DNA of 58,949 bases from a virus, in the IMG/VR virus record IMGVR_UViG_3300049049_000112, positions 1-58,949 of that record; one strand, given 5' to 3'. This document shows positions 34,569 through 42,141 of the stretch, piece by piece; positions within the stretch are counted from its first letter, which is position 1, and each line of letters opens with the position of its first letter. The notes under the pieces are model-generated. The model saw nothing but the letters and a program-made list of their open reading frames with translations. It had not been told where the DNA came from and searched no databases. Made by a program: the position numbers and the translations under genes.

Positions 34569-34675
34569 CGACGGCGTTCAACCGTCACCTTGTTACCGAT
34601 TCCGCAGACCAGCATAAAAGAAGCGAGCGCGTACACTGCGGCATGTACGGCCAGGACTTGAAAGTTGCGCTTCAT
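34553..34675 (-). CDS. Mini-ORF, 40-aa lipobox peptide
   Basis: MKRNFQVLAVHAAVYALASFMLVCGIGNKVTVERRRWSTT, translated base by base; ATGA overlaps at both ends. Confidence 0.4.
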   Translation of the reverse strand: MKRNFQVLAVHAAVYALASFMLVCGIGNKVTVERRRWSTT

Positions 34676-35151
34676 GGCGACACGTCGAGCAAGGCTGTCG
34701 CCTCCCCCTCTGCCCCTCCTCGCCAAACGAGCTCGTGGGCGTGGGCCGCATCGAAGATGTCCGGCAGCCTCCCGAGCTTAGTGCAGTGCGTGAGGTAGTG
34801 CAGCGTCTCGTGCACTACCAGTCCGTCGTCCTCGTGGTAGCCCGGCGCGATGTGAATCACGTACGACCGTTCGCTGAGTAGGCCGCTCATCTTCGAGCGG
34901 GTGCAGCCCGCCGTGCGTTTTGCCTTCTCTTTGTAGAACGCAGGAAAACCACGCGAGCAGGCGTTCGCGTAGCTGTTCAGGCTGCTGTGGCGCACGACCT
35001 CGAGCGGGCTGCAGCTTCCCGTACCCGGCAGGCCCTGGTCTTCCCAGGCCTCCTCTGTGAGCGCAACAGTCCGCGCGTCGTGCTCGCTGAGCTCCGGGCG
35101 CGCACAGCCCACCAGTAACAGAACCAACCCCACCGCTTTGTTGAACGTCAT
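34672..35151 (-). CDS. Lipoprotein with HExxH zinc-peptidase-like motif
   Basis: 159 aa from ATG 35151 (AGGAGG SD); signal/lipobox MTFNKAVGLVLLLVGC; VVHETLHYLTH. Confidence 0.65.
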   Translation of the reverse strand: MTFNKAVGLVLLLVGCARPELSEHDARTVALTEEAWEDQGLPGTGSCSPLEVVRHSSLNSYANACSRGFPAFYKEKAKRTAGCTRSKMSGLLSERSYVIHIAPGYHEDDGLVVHETLHYLTHCTKLGRLPDIFDAAHAHELVWRGGAEGEATALLDVSP

Positions 35152-35168
35152 CGCAACCTCCTGAAGCG

Positions 35169-35198
35169 AGACTACGATCGTAGTATCTCGTGAGTCAA
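35169..35198 (-). promoter_or_regulatory. Early sigma70-like promoter TTGACT-N18-TAGTCT with ACTACGATCGTAGT palindrome
   Basis: Minus strand reads ttgact-cacgagatactacgatcg-tagtct, 17 nt (with AGGAGG) before ATG 35151; palindrome at 35171..35184. Confidence 0.6.
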
Positions 35199-35236
35199 AT
35201 AAAAACGGCTGGGTACCGTGCAAGATACCCAGCCGT
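35199..35236 (-). terminator. Rho-independent terminator after the primase/helicase gene
   Basis: Minus strand: acggctgggta-loop-tacccagccgt followed by TTTTTATTT. Confidence 0.7.
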
Positions 35237-35287
35237 CAGGAGGAGAAGCAGTATGACGCAACCGAACACTGAGAGCTTACTACGATT

Positions 35288-38152
35288 CTACTGCTCGTCA
35301 AGCCCGCTCGCCCAAGAAAACAGCTGCTCGTGGGTTGCCCGCCTTTTTGGTTGCATTTCAGACAGAAGCCCCACGCCGTCCGGCACCGAAGGGAGGGACA
35401 GCCGACGTAGCGCCGGCAGGTCTTTGGTGAGGGGCTGAAGAGCTCGCGCGTAGTGGGGGCCCAGGACCTCAGCCAGCTCAGCCTGCGGGTACCAGAGCAG
35501 CGCCCCCTCGAGCAGCCCGCTCGGCGTCTCAATCAGGTCGTCCTCGATCCACTCGTCTATGCTCTCGGCGTGCCAGCTGGCAGGCGCCACGTCGCCCTCC
35601 ACGAAAACGGTGCAGGGCTTGGTGCGCCTTGGCAGCCGGAGCCTGCCCTCGGCCTGTGTGAGCTCCCCAGCGGCGTACGCAACCCAGGCCTGGTCCGCAG
35701 CCTCGCCGGTCAGCCCCAGCTGGTAGAGCGTAGGCATGACCGCGAAGCGTGGGGTGCCCAGCAGGTAGATCACACTGCACTCCTTCGGGGCCCGCTCCTG
35801 CCAGTTATTTTTCCCCCGGAGCGCCCCGTAGTGCCCGAGCTCGACGTTCTCAGGTACACCGCGCTCGCGGATAGCGTCGATAACTGTCTTGAACGACACG
35901 AACAATACACGTTTGCAATCGTACCGGCTCGCCTCGCGAGCAGCGCGGGCCAGCGCTTCGTCTATCGCCGGCCAAGGAATGCCGGGGGCTTCGCCGGGCT
36001 CCCGGCCTCTGCGCTGCCGCAGGCCCGCTTCGTCGTCGTAGTAGCTCTCGGTGAGAGCCTTCGAGCCTCGCTGCCCCCGAACCACCATCTTCCTCGTGAC
36101 CTTCGCGCCGTCTGTCACTGCGCATTCCCGGAGCTTGAAGCCGGGTAGGGCTGCCATCAGCGGCGTAGCGCTCAGTAGCACCCCGGCGCGCCTCACCAGC
36201 GCCTGGTGGCAGGCGTCCGGGAGCATCGCTGCTATGTCGCCCTGCTCCCAGAGCCCGATGCCGCCTACGGTGCCTCCCTGGGCCTTGTGCGCGCAGAGCC
36301 GGATCAGCGCATCTGCCGCCTTGAGCAGCGGGCGCTCAGCAGCGCGAGGTTCTGCGTCGTCTCGGAGGCGCAACCGGCCCCACTCGACAGCGAGCTCGAC
36401 GGCATTGCCCACGGGCTCCTGGTTCGGTCCCCACTGGACCTTGCCGGGCTCGACGCCCACGCACCACGCCCGAGCGATCGTTGCCGCGAGGTGCGCGCAG
36501 CCGACTTCTGCGGACGTGAGCCGAGCGCCCTTGGCCAAGAGCTTGAGGTGCTCTCTGCTCAGGCTCACGCACTCGTACGTGCCGGGCATTTCGTCCACGA
36601 TCAGCTGCAGGTCGTCGCCCTTGTCCTCGCCGAATAGCTGGCGGATTCCCGCATGCGAGACGAAGATCACGCTGGCTTCTGCCATGGCCTTGGCTCGCTG
36701 CGTAGCGGCTGCGAACGCGGGACAGTCTGGGCGCTGCGGGCAGCGAGGGCAGATGCTCCCGAGCAGACTCACGCCAAACTCAAACACGCGCTCCTTGAGC
36801 TCGTCTGCACGTTTGCAGATGGGGTCCTCGCCTACCTGAATCAACGGGCTGTGCACGTGCACGCTCCGAGCTCGAACGTCAGGCGGCAGCAGGTTGCGCG
36901 TCTCGTTCGCGACGACATGCTCCTGCGTGCTGTACACCAGTCGGTACCCCTGCCGAGCATACTCCGCGAGCACCTTAGCGCTGGCGAAGCTCTTGCCCGT
37001 GCCGGCTGGGTACTGGATGATCGTGGGCTCGCGCGCTGCGAGGCCTTCGCGGATGTCCACCACGAGCTTCGCTACGGCTGCGTCTACGCTCACGGCCTCA
37101 GCCGCTGGGGCCTGCACAGCCAGCTGCTCTTCCACCAGCAACCGAAGAGCTGTCGGCGGGGCGAACGCTCCGGTAGACGTAAGCCCCAGAGCGCCCAGCA
37201 ACTCCTTGCGAGAGCATCCTGCATGGCAGCGCAGGTCTACACCGTTGCCGTTCGCTCGCACTGTGAACGAAGGCGAGCGCTGGTGCCCGCTCGGTGCGCA
37301 TGCGGGGCACGCTGCGCGCTGCCAGCCCTCGTAGCCTTGCGCCTCCACACCGGTCTTCTTGCTCAGCAGGTCTACGATACGCGCCAGAGCTCCCACAGCT
37401 TGCTCGTCTGGTGCTTGGTAAGGGCGGAACTTTGCCTGGCTCGGGCGAGCTGTTGTGTCGCGCTGTAAGATGTCGTCCACGTAGAGCGGGTTGCCTTGGT
37501 AGACGTCGATCGTGCTGTGCGCACTGGGGATGAAATACCCTCTCGAAGGGGTAGAGCACGTGGGATCCCAGCCCCTCGGCGAGGCTGCGCGCGGGCGTCC
37601 GTTCGCGTCCTCGATCCACTTTCCGAGTACCTCTTTAGCGTAGTGAGCTGGGTCCGCGGGGACCTCGTGGCCGAAGAGCGCCGGGACTATCGCGGCGTGC
37701 TCCGCTGGGCTTACTTCTCGCGAGTAAGGCAGGACGATGCGGAAGCTGTCGAACGGGCCCGACTTTCCGGTGCCCTTGTGGACCTTGTCGACCTTGCCGT
37801 GAGACCAGCTCGTGTAGGCGATGTGCGCGTAGCCTGCGGCGCGAATCGAAGAGCTGATTCTGTCGAGCTCCCCCACGTCGGCATGGTCGCAATCGAGCAC
37901 GGCAGCGCATACGCTGTTGAGCCCCGCGTTGCCTCGCTTCGTGCCCTCTTTGTAGATCGCTGCACCGAAGAGCTGTTGAGCGTGCTTGCTCGTAGCTGGA
38001 TCGCTGCCGAACACCTCGAGGATGTCGGTCTCGGTCCACGGTACACAGAACGCGCGCTCTATGCGCGTGCCTTTGTGCCCGGTCCGCTCGAACAAAACTC
38101 CGACGAACTTCAGCAAGAGTGCAGCTTGGCACGGCTGCTCTCCAAGCGTCAA
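35288..38152 (-). CDS. Large replication protein: primase-polymerase-like N-terminus, zinc finger and P-loop NTPase/helicase-like domain
   Basis: 954 aa; AAVLDCDH acidic motif; CPACAPSG...CHAGC zinc finger; Walker A YPAGTGKSF; Walker B LIVDEMPG; TTG start. Confidence 0.65.
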   Translation of the reverse strand: MTLGEQPCQAALLLKFVGVLFERTGHKGTRIERAFCVPWTETDILEVFGSDPATSKHAQQLFGAAIYKEGTKRGNAGLNSVCAAVLDCDHADVGELDRISSSIRAAGYAHIAYTSWSHGKVDKVHKGTGKSGPFDSFRIVLPYSREVSPAEHAAIVPALFGHEVPADPAHYAKEVLGKWIEDANGRPRAASPRGWDPTCSTPSRGYFIPSAHSTIDVYQGNPLYVDDILQRDTTARPSQAKFRPYQAPDEQAVGALARIVDLLSKKTGVEAQGYEGWQRAACPACAPSGHQRSPSFTVRANGNGVDLRCHAGCSRKELLGALGLTSTGAFAPPTALRLLVEEQLAVQAPAAEAVSVDAAVAKLVVDIREGLAAREPTIIQYPAGTGKSFASAKVLAEYARQGYRLVYSTQEHVVANETRNLLPPDVRARSVHVHSPLIQVGEDPICKRADELKERVFEFGVSLLGSICPRCPQRPDCPAFAAATQRAKAMAEASVIFVSHAGIRQLFGEDKGDDLQLIVDEMPGTYECVSLSREHLKLLAKGARLTSAEVGCAHLAATIARAWCVGVEPGKVQWGPNQEPVGNAVELAVEWGRLRLRDDAEPRAAERPLLKAADALIRLCAHKAQGGTVGGIGLWEQGDIAAMLPDACHQALVRRAGVLLSATPLMAALPGFKLRECAVTDGAKVTRKMVVRGQRGSKALTESYYDDEAGLRQRRGREPGEAPGIPWPAIDEALARAAREASRYDCKRVLFVSFKTVIDAIRERGVPENVELGHYGALRGKNNWQERAPKECSVIYLLGTPRFAVMPTLYQLGLTGEAADQAWVAYAAGELTQAEGRLRLPRRTKPCTVFVEGDVAPASWHAESIDEWIEDDLIETPSGLLEGALLWYPQAELAEVLGPHYARALQPLTKDLPALRRLSLPSVPDGVGLLSEMQPKRRATHEQLFSWASGLDEQ

Positions 38153-38228
38153 GAGTTACCACGATCTCAGTAAGAGCTTGACCGCTACTACGATCTATGA
38201 GAGCGTGGGAGTAACAAAGGAGAGCGAC

Positions 38229-38396
38229 ATGGAAGATGAACGCTTGAAGGTACCGGAGACCTACACCCGTGAAGAGCGAGAGGCTTGGGATCGATATCTG
38301 GCCGGGGTTCTGATACCGGCAGGCTCGGTCGCGAGCTCTGCCGCACTCGCAGACCTGATGCTCGAAGAGCGTCGGAAACGGTTCGGTGCGCGGTGA
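38229..38396 (+). CDS. Small hypothetical protein (55 aa)
   Basis: aaaggag SD before ATG 38229; first gene of a coupled triplet. Confidence 0.5.
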   Translation: MEDERLKVPETYTREEREAWDRYLAGVLIPAGSVASSAALADLMLEERRKRFGAR

Positions 38397-38557
38397 TTAC
38401 GATCTACGCCTTCTCCGCGTTCATTGCCGCTATGAGCTGGATCTCCCTGCTCGCGGGCGGGGCGGAGCCTAGGCTACTGTCGAAGCTCGCGCTCGGGCTG
38501 CTGTTCGGCGTGAGCGGTGTAGTAGGTTTGATTTACGAAGCGTGGAGGGCACTATGA
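38393..38557 (+). CDS. Small two-TM membrane protein (54 aa)
   Basis: VITIYAFSAFIAAMSWISLLAGG...LALGLLFGVSGVVGLIY; GTGA overlap. Confidence 0.5.
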   Translation: MITIYAFSAFIAAMSWISLLAGGAEPRLLSKLALGLLFGVSGVVGLIYEAWRAL

Positions 38558-38877
38558 GAGTAGACATGAAGCGCTGTTGGGCCCACGGCCCGCACACCGG
38601 AACGACTTGCCTGGCTTGCTCTGAGCAGCGGGCTGTGGCGAGCAGGGAAGCCCTTATGGCGCCCAAGCTCCCGCCTACTGTGACTGGCAGGTTCGTCGCG
38701 GAGCCCGCCCACAAGCGGCTGACGATGACTCCGACCGTGTACGTCGAGGCCGTTGCCGGCATCCCTGCCGCCCACCTTGACCGCTGGGCAGGCTACTGCA
38801 ACGTGGCGCGGGCGCGAGGCGAGACGGACGCGCAACTACGGCAGCGACTGGCAGCCGACTACGCATCGAAGTATTGA
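38554..38877 (+). CDS. Hypothetical protein (107 aa) with N-terminal Cys/His cluster
   Basis: ATGA overlap; CWAHGPHTGTTCLAC. Confidence 0.5.
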   Translation: MRVDMKRCWAHGPHTGTTCLACSEQRAVASREALMAPKLPPTVTGRFVAEPAHKRLTMTPTVYVEAVAGIPAAHLDRWAGYCNVARARGETDAQLRQRLAADYASKY

Positions 38878-38909
38878 GAATCATTCGGAGCTCCCCTCAA
38901 GATCACGCG

Positions 38910-38971
38910 GAGCTCCCTCGATCAAAAACTCGAAAACGTTTAGAGCTCCCTCGATCAAAAACTCGAAAACG
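38910..38971. repeat. 29-bp direct repeat x2 (gagctccctcgatcaaaaactcgaaaacg), 4-nt spacer
   Basis: Copies at 38910-38938 and 38943-38971; GAGCTCCC box also at 38888 and 38976; gatcaaaac/gttttgatc inverted pair. Confidence 0.9.
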
Positions 38972-39000
38972 CCCGGAGCTCCCTGTTTTGATCAGGCAGG

Positions 39001-39067
39001 CCCACATCCACCCACATCCACCCACATCCACCCACATCCACCCACATCCACCCACATCCACCCACAT
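39001..39067. repeat. Perfect 10-bp tandem repeat cccacatcca x6.7
   Basis: Six identical 10-nt blocks plus cccacat, read directly from the listing. Confidence 0.95.
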
Positions 39068-39078
39068 GTAGGTATTCT

Positions 39079-39175
39079 GCGCAGTAGCACCTACCTGTAG
39101 TTATACCGAGTAGAATGATTACACTTCCCTACTCAGCCCGACATGTAGTTATACCGCGCAGTAGCACCTACCTGT
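39079..39175. repeat. Permuted repeat pair X-Y ... Y-X
   Basis: X = gcgcagtagcacctacctgt (39079-39098, 39156-39175); Y = tgtagttataccg (39096-39108, 39144-39156). Confidence 0.9.
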
Positions 39176-39178
39176 GGG

Positions 39179-39290
39179 TGGCCCGATTCTTGCAAGGGCG
39201 CTCTGTGCGCAAGCTAGGCGGCACGATCCTTGCAAAGGACGGTGTGCGCTGATGTCAGTGGCCCGATTCTTGCAAGGACAGCTGTAGGTC
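39179..39290. repeat. About 40-bp period repeat x2.5 centred on the palindromic core CTTGCAAG
   Basis: tggcccgattcttgcaagg at 39179 and 39259 (80 bp apart); variant gcacgatccttgcaaagg at about 39221; each followed by (c/g)tgtgcgc in the first two units. Confidence 0.85.
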
Positions 39291-39467
39291 TATCTCTGCT
39301 TTCCAGTCCGGCCGCATACCCGTGCGATCCTTGCGCACACCTTCCTTCCAGACAGTCTTGCCGGACCGTAGACACACAAGAGACCATGCCTCGTAGGTTT
39401 CGCTCTCTCCGCGCACATCAGGGTACATGTATACGCGTTCGCTGCCTTCGGTGTGAATCTTATACAC
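39255..39467 (-). CDS. Hypothetical protein (70 aa)
   Basis: GTG 39467 overlaps the stop of the upstream 43-aa ORF (GTGTATAA); 3' end overlaps the third 40-bp repeat unit. Confidence 0.45.
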   Translation of the reverse strand: MYKIHTEGSERVYMYPDVRGESETYEAWSLVCLRSGKTVWKEGVRKDRTGMRPDWKAEIDLQLSLQESGH

Positions 39468-39591
39468 GGCTTGCCTCCCATTCGCGCACTAGCGCTTCAC
39501 TGTACTCGCGTTCTACTCTAGACAGCACAGACCGGCGGCAACCGCGCGATGCGAGGTAGCGGAACATCTCGAGTAACTCTTGGCTCGTCAT
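39460..39591 (-). CDS. Small hypothetical protein (43 aa), first gene of a leftward pair
   Basis: MTSQELLEMFRYLASRGCRRSVLSRVEREYSEALVREWEASRV; divergent from 39758; below the track cut-off. Confidence 0.4.
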   Translation of the reverse strand: MTSQELLEMFRYLASRGCRRSVLSRVEREYSEALVREWEASRV

Positions 39592-39719
39592 ATTTATATT
39601 AGACGCGATCTTGAGCCTTCCGTCAATACCCTATTACTACGATCTGCAGGCCCCGACGAAAGCGACGCGAGGTAGTAAAAGAGTAGTGGCGCGCGGGTGC
39701 TGGGCATGAGAGGATATCT

Positions 39720-39748
39720 GAGTAGGACGCAATCGGCACTCGAAAGGA
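39720..39748 (+). promoter_or_regulatory. Conserved 5' leader box, copy 1 (gagtaggacgcaatcggcactcgaaagga)
   Basis: Identical apart from one extra g to 41371..41398; ends 9 nt before ATG 39758; contains GCACTC and an AAAGGA SD. Confidence 0.6.
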
Positions 39749-39757
39749 CGGCATTCA

Positions 39758-40141
39758 ATGAAGCTCTCGCATACGCTCTCACCTGACTCTAAACTAGAAC
39801 GACATGTAGCCCAGTGGGTGCGCGATAGAGCGCGCAACGGTTACGATGGCAACGTTGCCGCGGTATTCAAGGATCTAATGCACGGTGGGTGTTCATCCGG
39901 CATTGTCGGACACTTAATCTACAACGTCGATTGCGAGCGCTTCTTTCGCACACACCGTAAGGAAATAGGCGCGATGCTAGGCAACCTCTTACGTGAGGCT
40001 TGCCTTGACTTGAGCGGACATAGCGTGTGGGATGAAACGGACCCTCTCGCACTAGAGACACCAAACCAAGTGTTTCTCGCACACCTTGGTTTTGAAGAAG
40101 CCGCGCGCGCCTTGGCAGACAGGGCCGGGATCGACGTATGA
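39758..40141 (+). CDS. Hypothetical protein (127 aa) with GGCSSGIVGHLIY motif
   Basis: First of four ATGA-coupled genes; lower-GC island. Confidence 0.6.
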   Translation: MKLSHTLSPDSKLERHVAQWVRDRARNGYDGNVAAVFKDLMHGGCSSGIVGHLIYNVDCERFFRTHRKEIGAMLGNLLREACLDLSGHSVWDETDPLALETPNQVFLAHLGFEEAARALADRAGIDV

Positions 40142-40356
40142 CACAGTCAGAATGGGAGAAACTACCATGGGACACCTTGCGTTTCCCGCGCGCCGTACTT
40201 TCGCCTCAGAAAGCAGCGTACGTACTCCGCGCACATGGCCTGACCTGCAGACTACCTAAGCCGGGGTGGGTGATAAACCTCGGGCAAGGTCGCGCGTTAG
40301 AAAACGAAGGTGGCGCGTACCGCGCTTACAATGCGACACAAGAGGGGTGGATATGA
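40138..40356 (+). CDS. Hypothetical protein (72 aa)
   Basis: ATGA overlaps at both ends. Confidence 0.55.
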   Translation: MTQSEWEKLPWDTLRFPRAVLSPQKAAYVLRAHGLTCRLPKPGWVINLGQGRALENEGGAYRAYNATQEGWI

Positions 40357-40556
40357 CGTCCCGGCGCATCGTGCTCCTAACGTGCGTCTCTGGACTTGTG
40401 TGTATCGCTGTCGCGTGTGGTCCGGTTGACGACGTACCTAAGCCGAACGGCGCACATGTAAACCAAACCCAGATAATGCTCGAGAAATGCAAGCGTGTAG
40501 GATCAGGTAAGCCCTGGGTCGAATGTTTCAACGCTAATTGGAGGGTAAGCGAATGA
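40353..40556 (+). CDS. Small lipoprotein (67 aa)
   Basis: MTSRRIVLLTCVSGLVCIAVACG signal peptide plus lipobox; ATGA overlaps. Confidence 0.6.
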   Translation: MTSRRIVLLTCVSGLVCIAVACGPVDDVPKPNGAHVNQTQIMLEKCKRVGSGKPWVECFNANWRVSE

Positions 40557-41146
40557 CACACACCGAAACCTTCACACTCACAGTTGCTCAAATGTGCGCC
40601 GATATTGACGGATGGAACGATCGTGATCTCTTGGAAGGCATGGGGCAAGATGAGGCGCTCGCCATTCTCGCCGACGGGACTCTAGTGCGTGCTGTCGGGG
40701 GCCCAGCCTTCGGTAGTTTCAAACTTTCACCTCGACAGCACGAGCATGCGCACGCTCTAGCCCTGTCCAATGCCGCGGAGTCCCGCGGTATCCTAGTGGC
40801 GAACGACAATGCAGGCATGGGCCAGACATGCTGGCTTCTGTGGTTTGGCGCCTACGGTAGCACCAAGGTGCTCGCATGGGGCTCATTGGAAGATGCGTTA
40901 GAGGACGCCGCACGTGTCTTACATGAGGGGCACTTTTCCGACTTGTCAGAAGAGTACGAATATGCGCTTGCGGAACTAGTCAAGGGTGGTGCAGACCCTA
41001 CGGATGAAAGTGTCATGCAGAAGGCGCAAGAAACCGCGGAAACCGACATGACCTACACTGAGAGAGGTTACCTCGCATCGGGGGAGTGGGGCTACTCGAT
41101 CGAGAATCCCACGCTTGCCGATATTCTTGAGTTACCCGAAAAGTAA
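40553..41146 (+). CDS. Hypothetical acidic protein (197 aa)
   Basis: ATGA-coupled last gene of the 39758 operon. Confidence 0.6.
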   Translation: MTHTETFTLTVAQMCADIDGWNDRDLLEGMGQDEALAILADGTLVRAVGGPAFGSFKLSPRQHEHAHALALSNAAESRGILVANDNAGMGQTCWLLWFGAYGSTKVLAWGSLEDALEDAARVLHEGHFSDLSEEYEYALAELVKGGADPTDESVMQKAQETAETDMTYTERGYLASGEWGYSIENPTLADILELPEK

Positions 41147-41370
41147 TACTTGCCTTTCCGAGATCGCCTCTGTGAGGCCCATCAAGGCGCTACTACCCCG
41201 TGAGGCTAGGGTAGTTCGTACTTTCCGTTTACTGACGGCCAGCGAGTTTTGTATCACGAAAGCACTGTAAAACGAGCGCTCTCGATACCCTCGATACCGC
41301 TTGCAAAGTACGCGCCGGAATAAGGTCAAAATAGTAGTACCATCCGACTACGATTCATGCGATTCTAAAT

Positions 41371-41398
41371 GAGTAGACGCAATCGGCACTCGAAAGGA
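41371..41398 (+). promoter_or_regulatory. Conserved 5' leader box, copy 2 (gagtagacgcaatcggcactcgaaagga)
   Basis: Ends 7 nt before ATG 41406; a related gcactcacgaaagg box lies before ATG 42142. Confidence 0.6.
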
Positions 41399-41405
41399 AC
41401 TCACA

Positions 41406-41558
41406 ATGCCTACCGCAATCTTGAAGCCCGCACACGAAGTCGCCCTCCTGCTCACCATGCGCCGCGCGAAGTCTGAAAAAGGCGCTCAGGTCCAGGCCGC
41501 TGTCTTGTTCCGAGTCGAAGTTGGCATGTGGATCAATGAAGCCCTGAAGGGAGCCTGA
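41406..41558 (+). CDS. Small hypothetical protein (50 aa)
   Basis: SD AAAGGA in the conserved leader; below the track cut-off. Confidence 0.45.
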   Translation: MPTAILKPAHEVALLLTMRRAKSEKGAQVQAAVLFRVEVGMWINEALKGA

Positions 41559-41560
41559 TC

Positions 41561-41797
41561 ATGTATCCCTTCCCGAAAAACAACTCTGATTACCGTGTCT
41601 CTTTTCAGGCCAAGTTTGATGCATGCCGTATCAGTAGCGTTGCGTTCTGTCTAAACTCATACCTGACGCACGATGGAGCAGCGGCGCGCGCTTGGCTGAA
41701 AAACGCGGTAGATGCGGCCGGCTCAATCTACCACCCTGAGATCAGGGCACGTGCGTTCGCTCTAGTGTTTGCTGCAAAAGAGGTTGTCAATGGATAA
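41561..41797 (+). CDS. Hypothetical protein (78 aa)
   Basis: ATG 2 nt after the upstream stop. Confidence 0.5.
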   Translation: MYPFPKNNSDYRVSFQAKFDACRISSVAFCLNSYLTHDGAAARAWLKNAVDAAGSIYHPEIRARAFALVFAAKEVVNG

Positions 41798-41820
41798 GCG
41801 TCAAGAAAACATCACCTTGA

Positions 41821-42075
41821 TTGGGACGTGGGGAATGGACGCTGACGGCTACTGTCGGCCTGGCCTTGATCTCGTTCCGCAACGCGTGCCGCAACCCTCG
41901 GATCGATGAAGAGTACAATCAACCTACGCCCGAACATGCCCTTGCGTGGGCCGCCAGAGAGCAGCAAGCCAGCGCTTGGTGGGCTAGTATCGGCGACACC
42001 TTTCACTCACAGATCTGTGACGATGCGGCGCATGCGTTCCGCCAACTGGCAACGAAACTGCACGATCTAGGTTGA
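41821..42075 (+). CDS. Hypothetical protein (84 aa, TTG start; weak)
   Basis: Only long ORF here; a 39-aa ATG ORF in another frame (from 41790) competes with it. Confidence 0.35.
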   Translation: MGRGEWTLTATVGLALISFRNACRNPRIDEEYNQPTPEHALAWAAREQQASAWWASIGDTFHSQICDDAAHAFRQLATKLHDLG

Positions 42076-42141
42076 CGTTACTCTCTGGCTACTGTACTCT
42101 TTTCTTACGCTCTCAACTGCACTCACGAAAGGCACTCCCAA

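Noticed and set aside
38178-38195. TTGACC plus CTACTACGATC as a standard promoter for the 38229 operon.
   Set aside because: No TAnnnT hexamer lies 16-18 nt downstream of TTGACC (the only candidate, tatgag, is 12 nt away). The half-site is kept as a possible operator, but I do not call a promoter here.
39001-39067. Possible CRISPR array (this 10-bp tandem repeat, also the 21-bp repeats at 42928-43091).
   Set aside because: The repeats are directly tandem or separated by other repeats, with no unique spacers of 25-40 nt. The units are too short, and I recognised no cas genes other than a stand-alone Cas4-like nuclease typical of phages.
38753-39100. ORFs 38753..39100 and 38874..39071, which encode HPPTSTHI repeats.
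   Set aside because: The peptide repeat is just the translation of the perfect 10-bp and 29-bp DNA repeats. There is no start context, and the frame periodicity (10 bp) is not codon-based.
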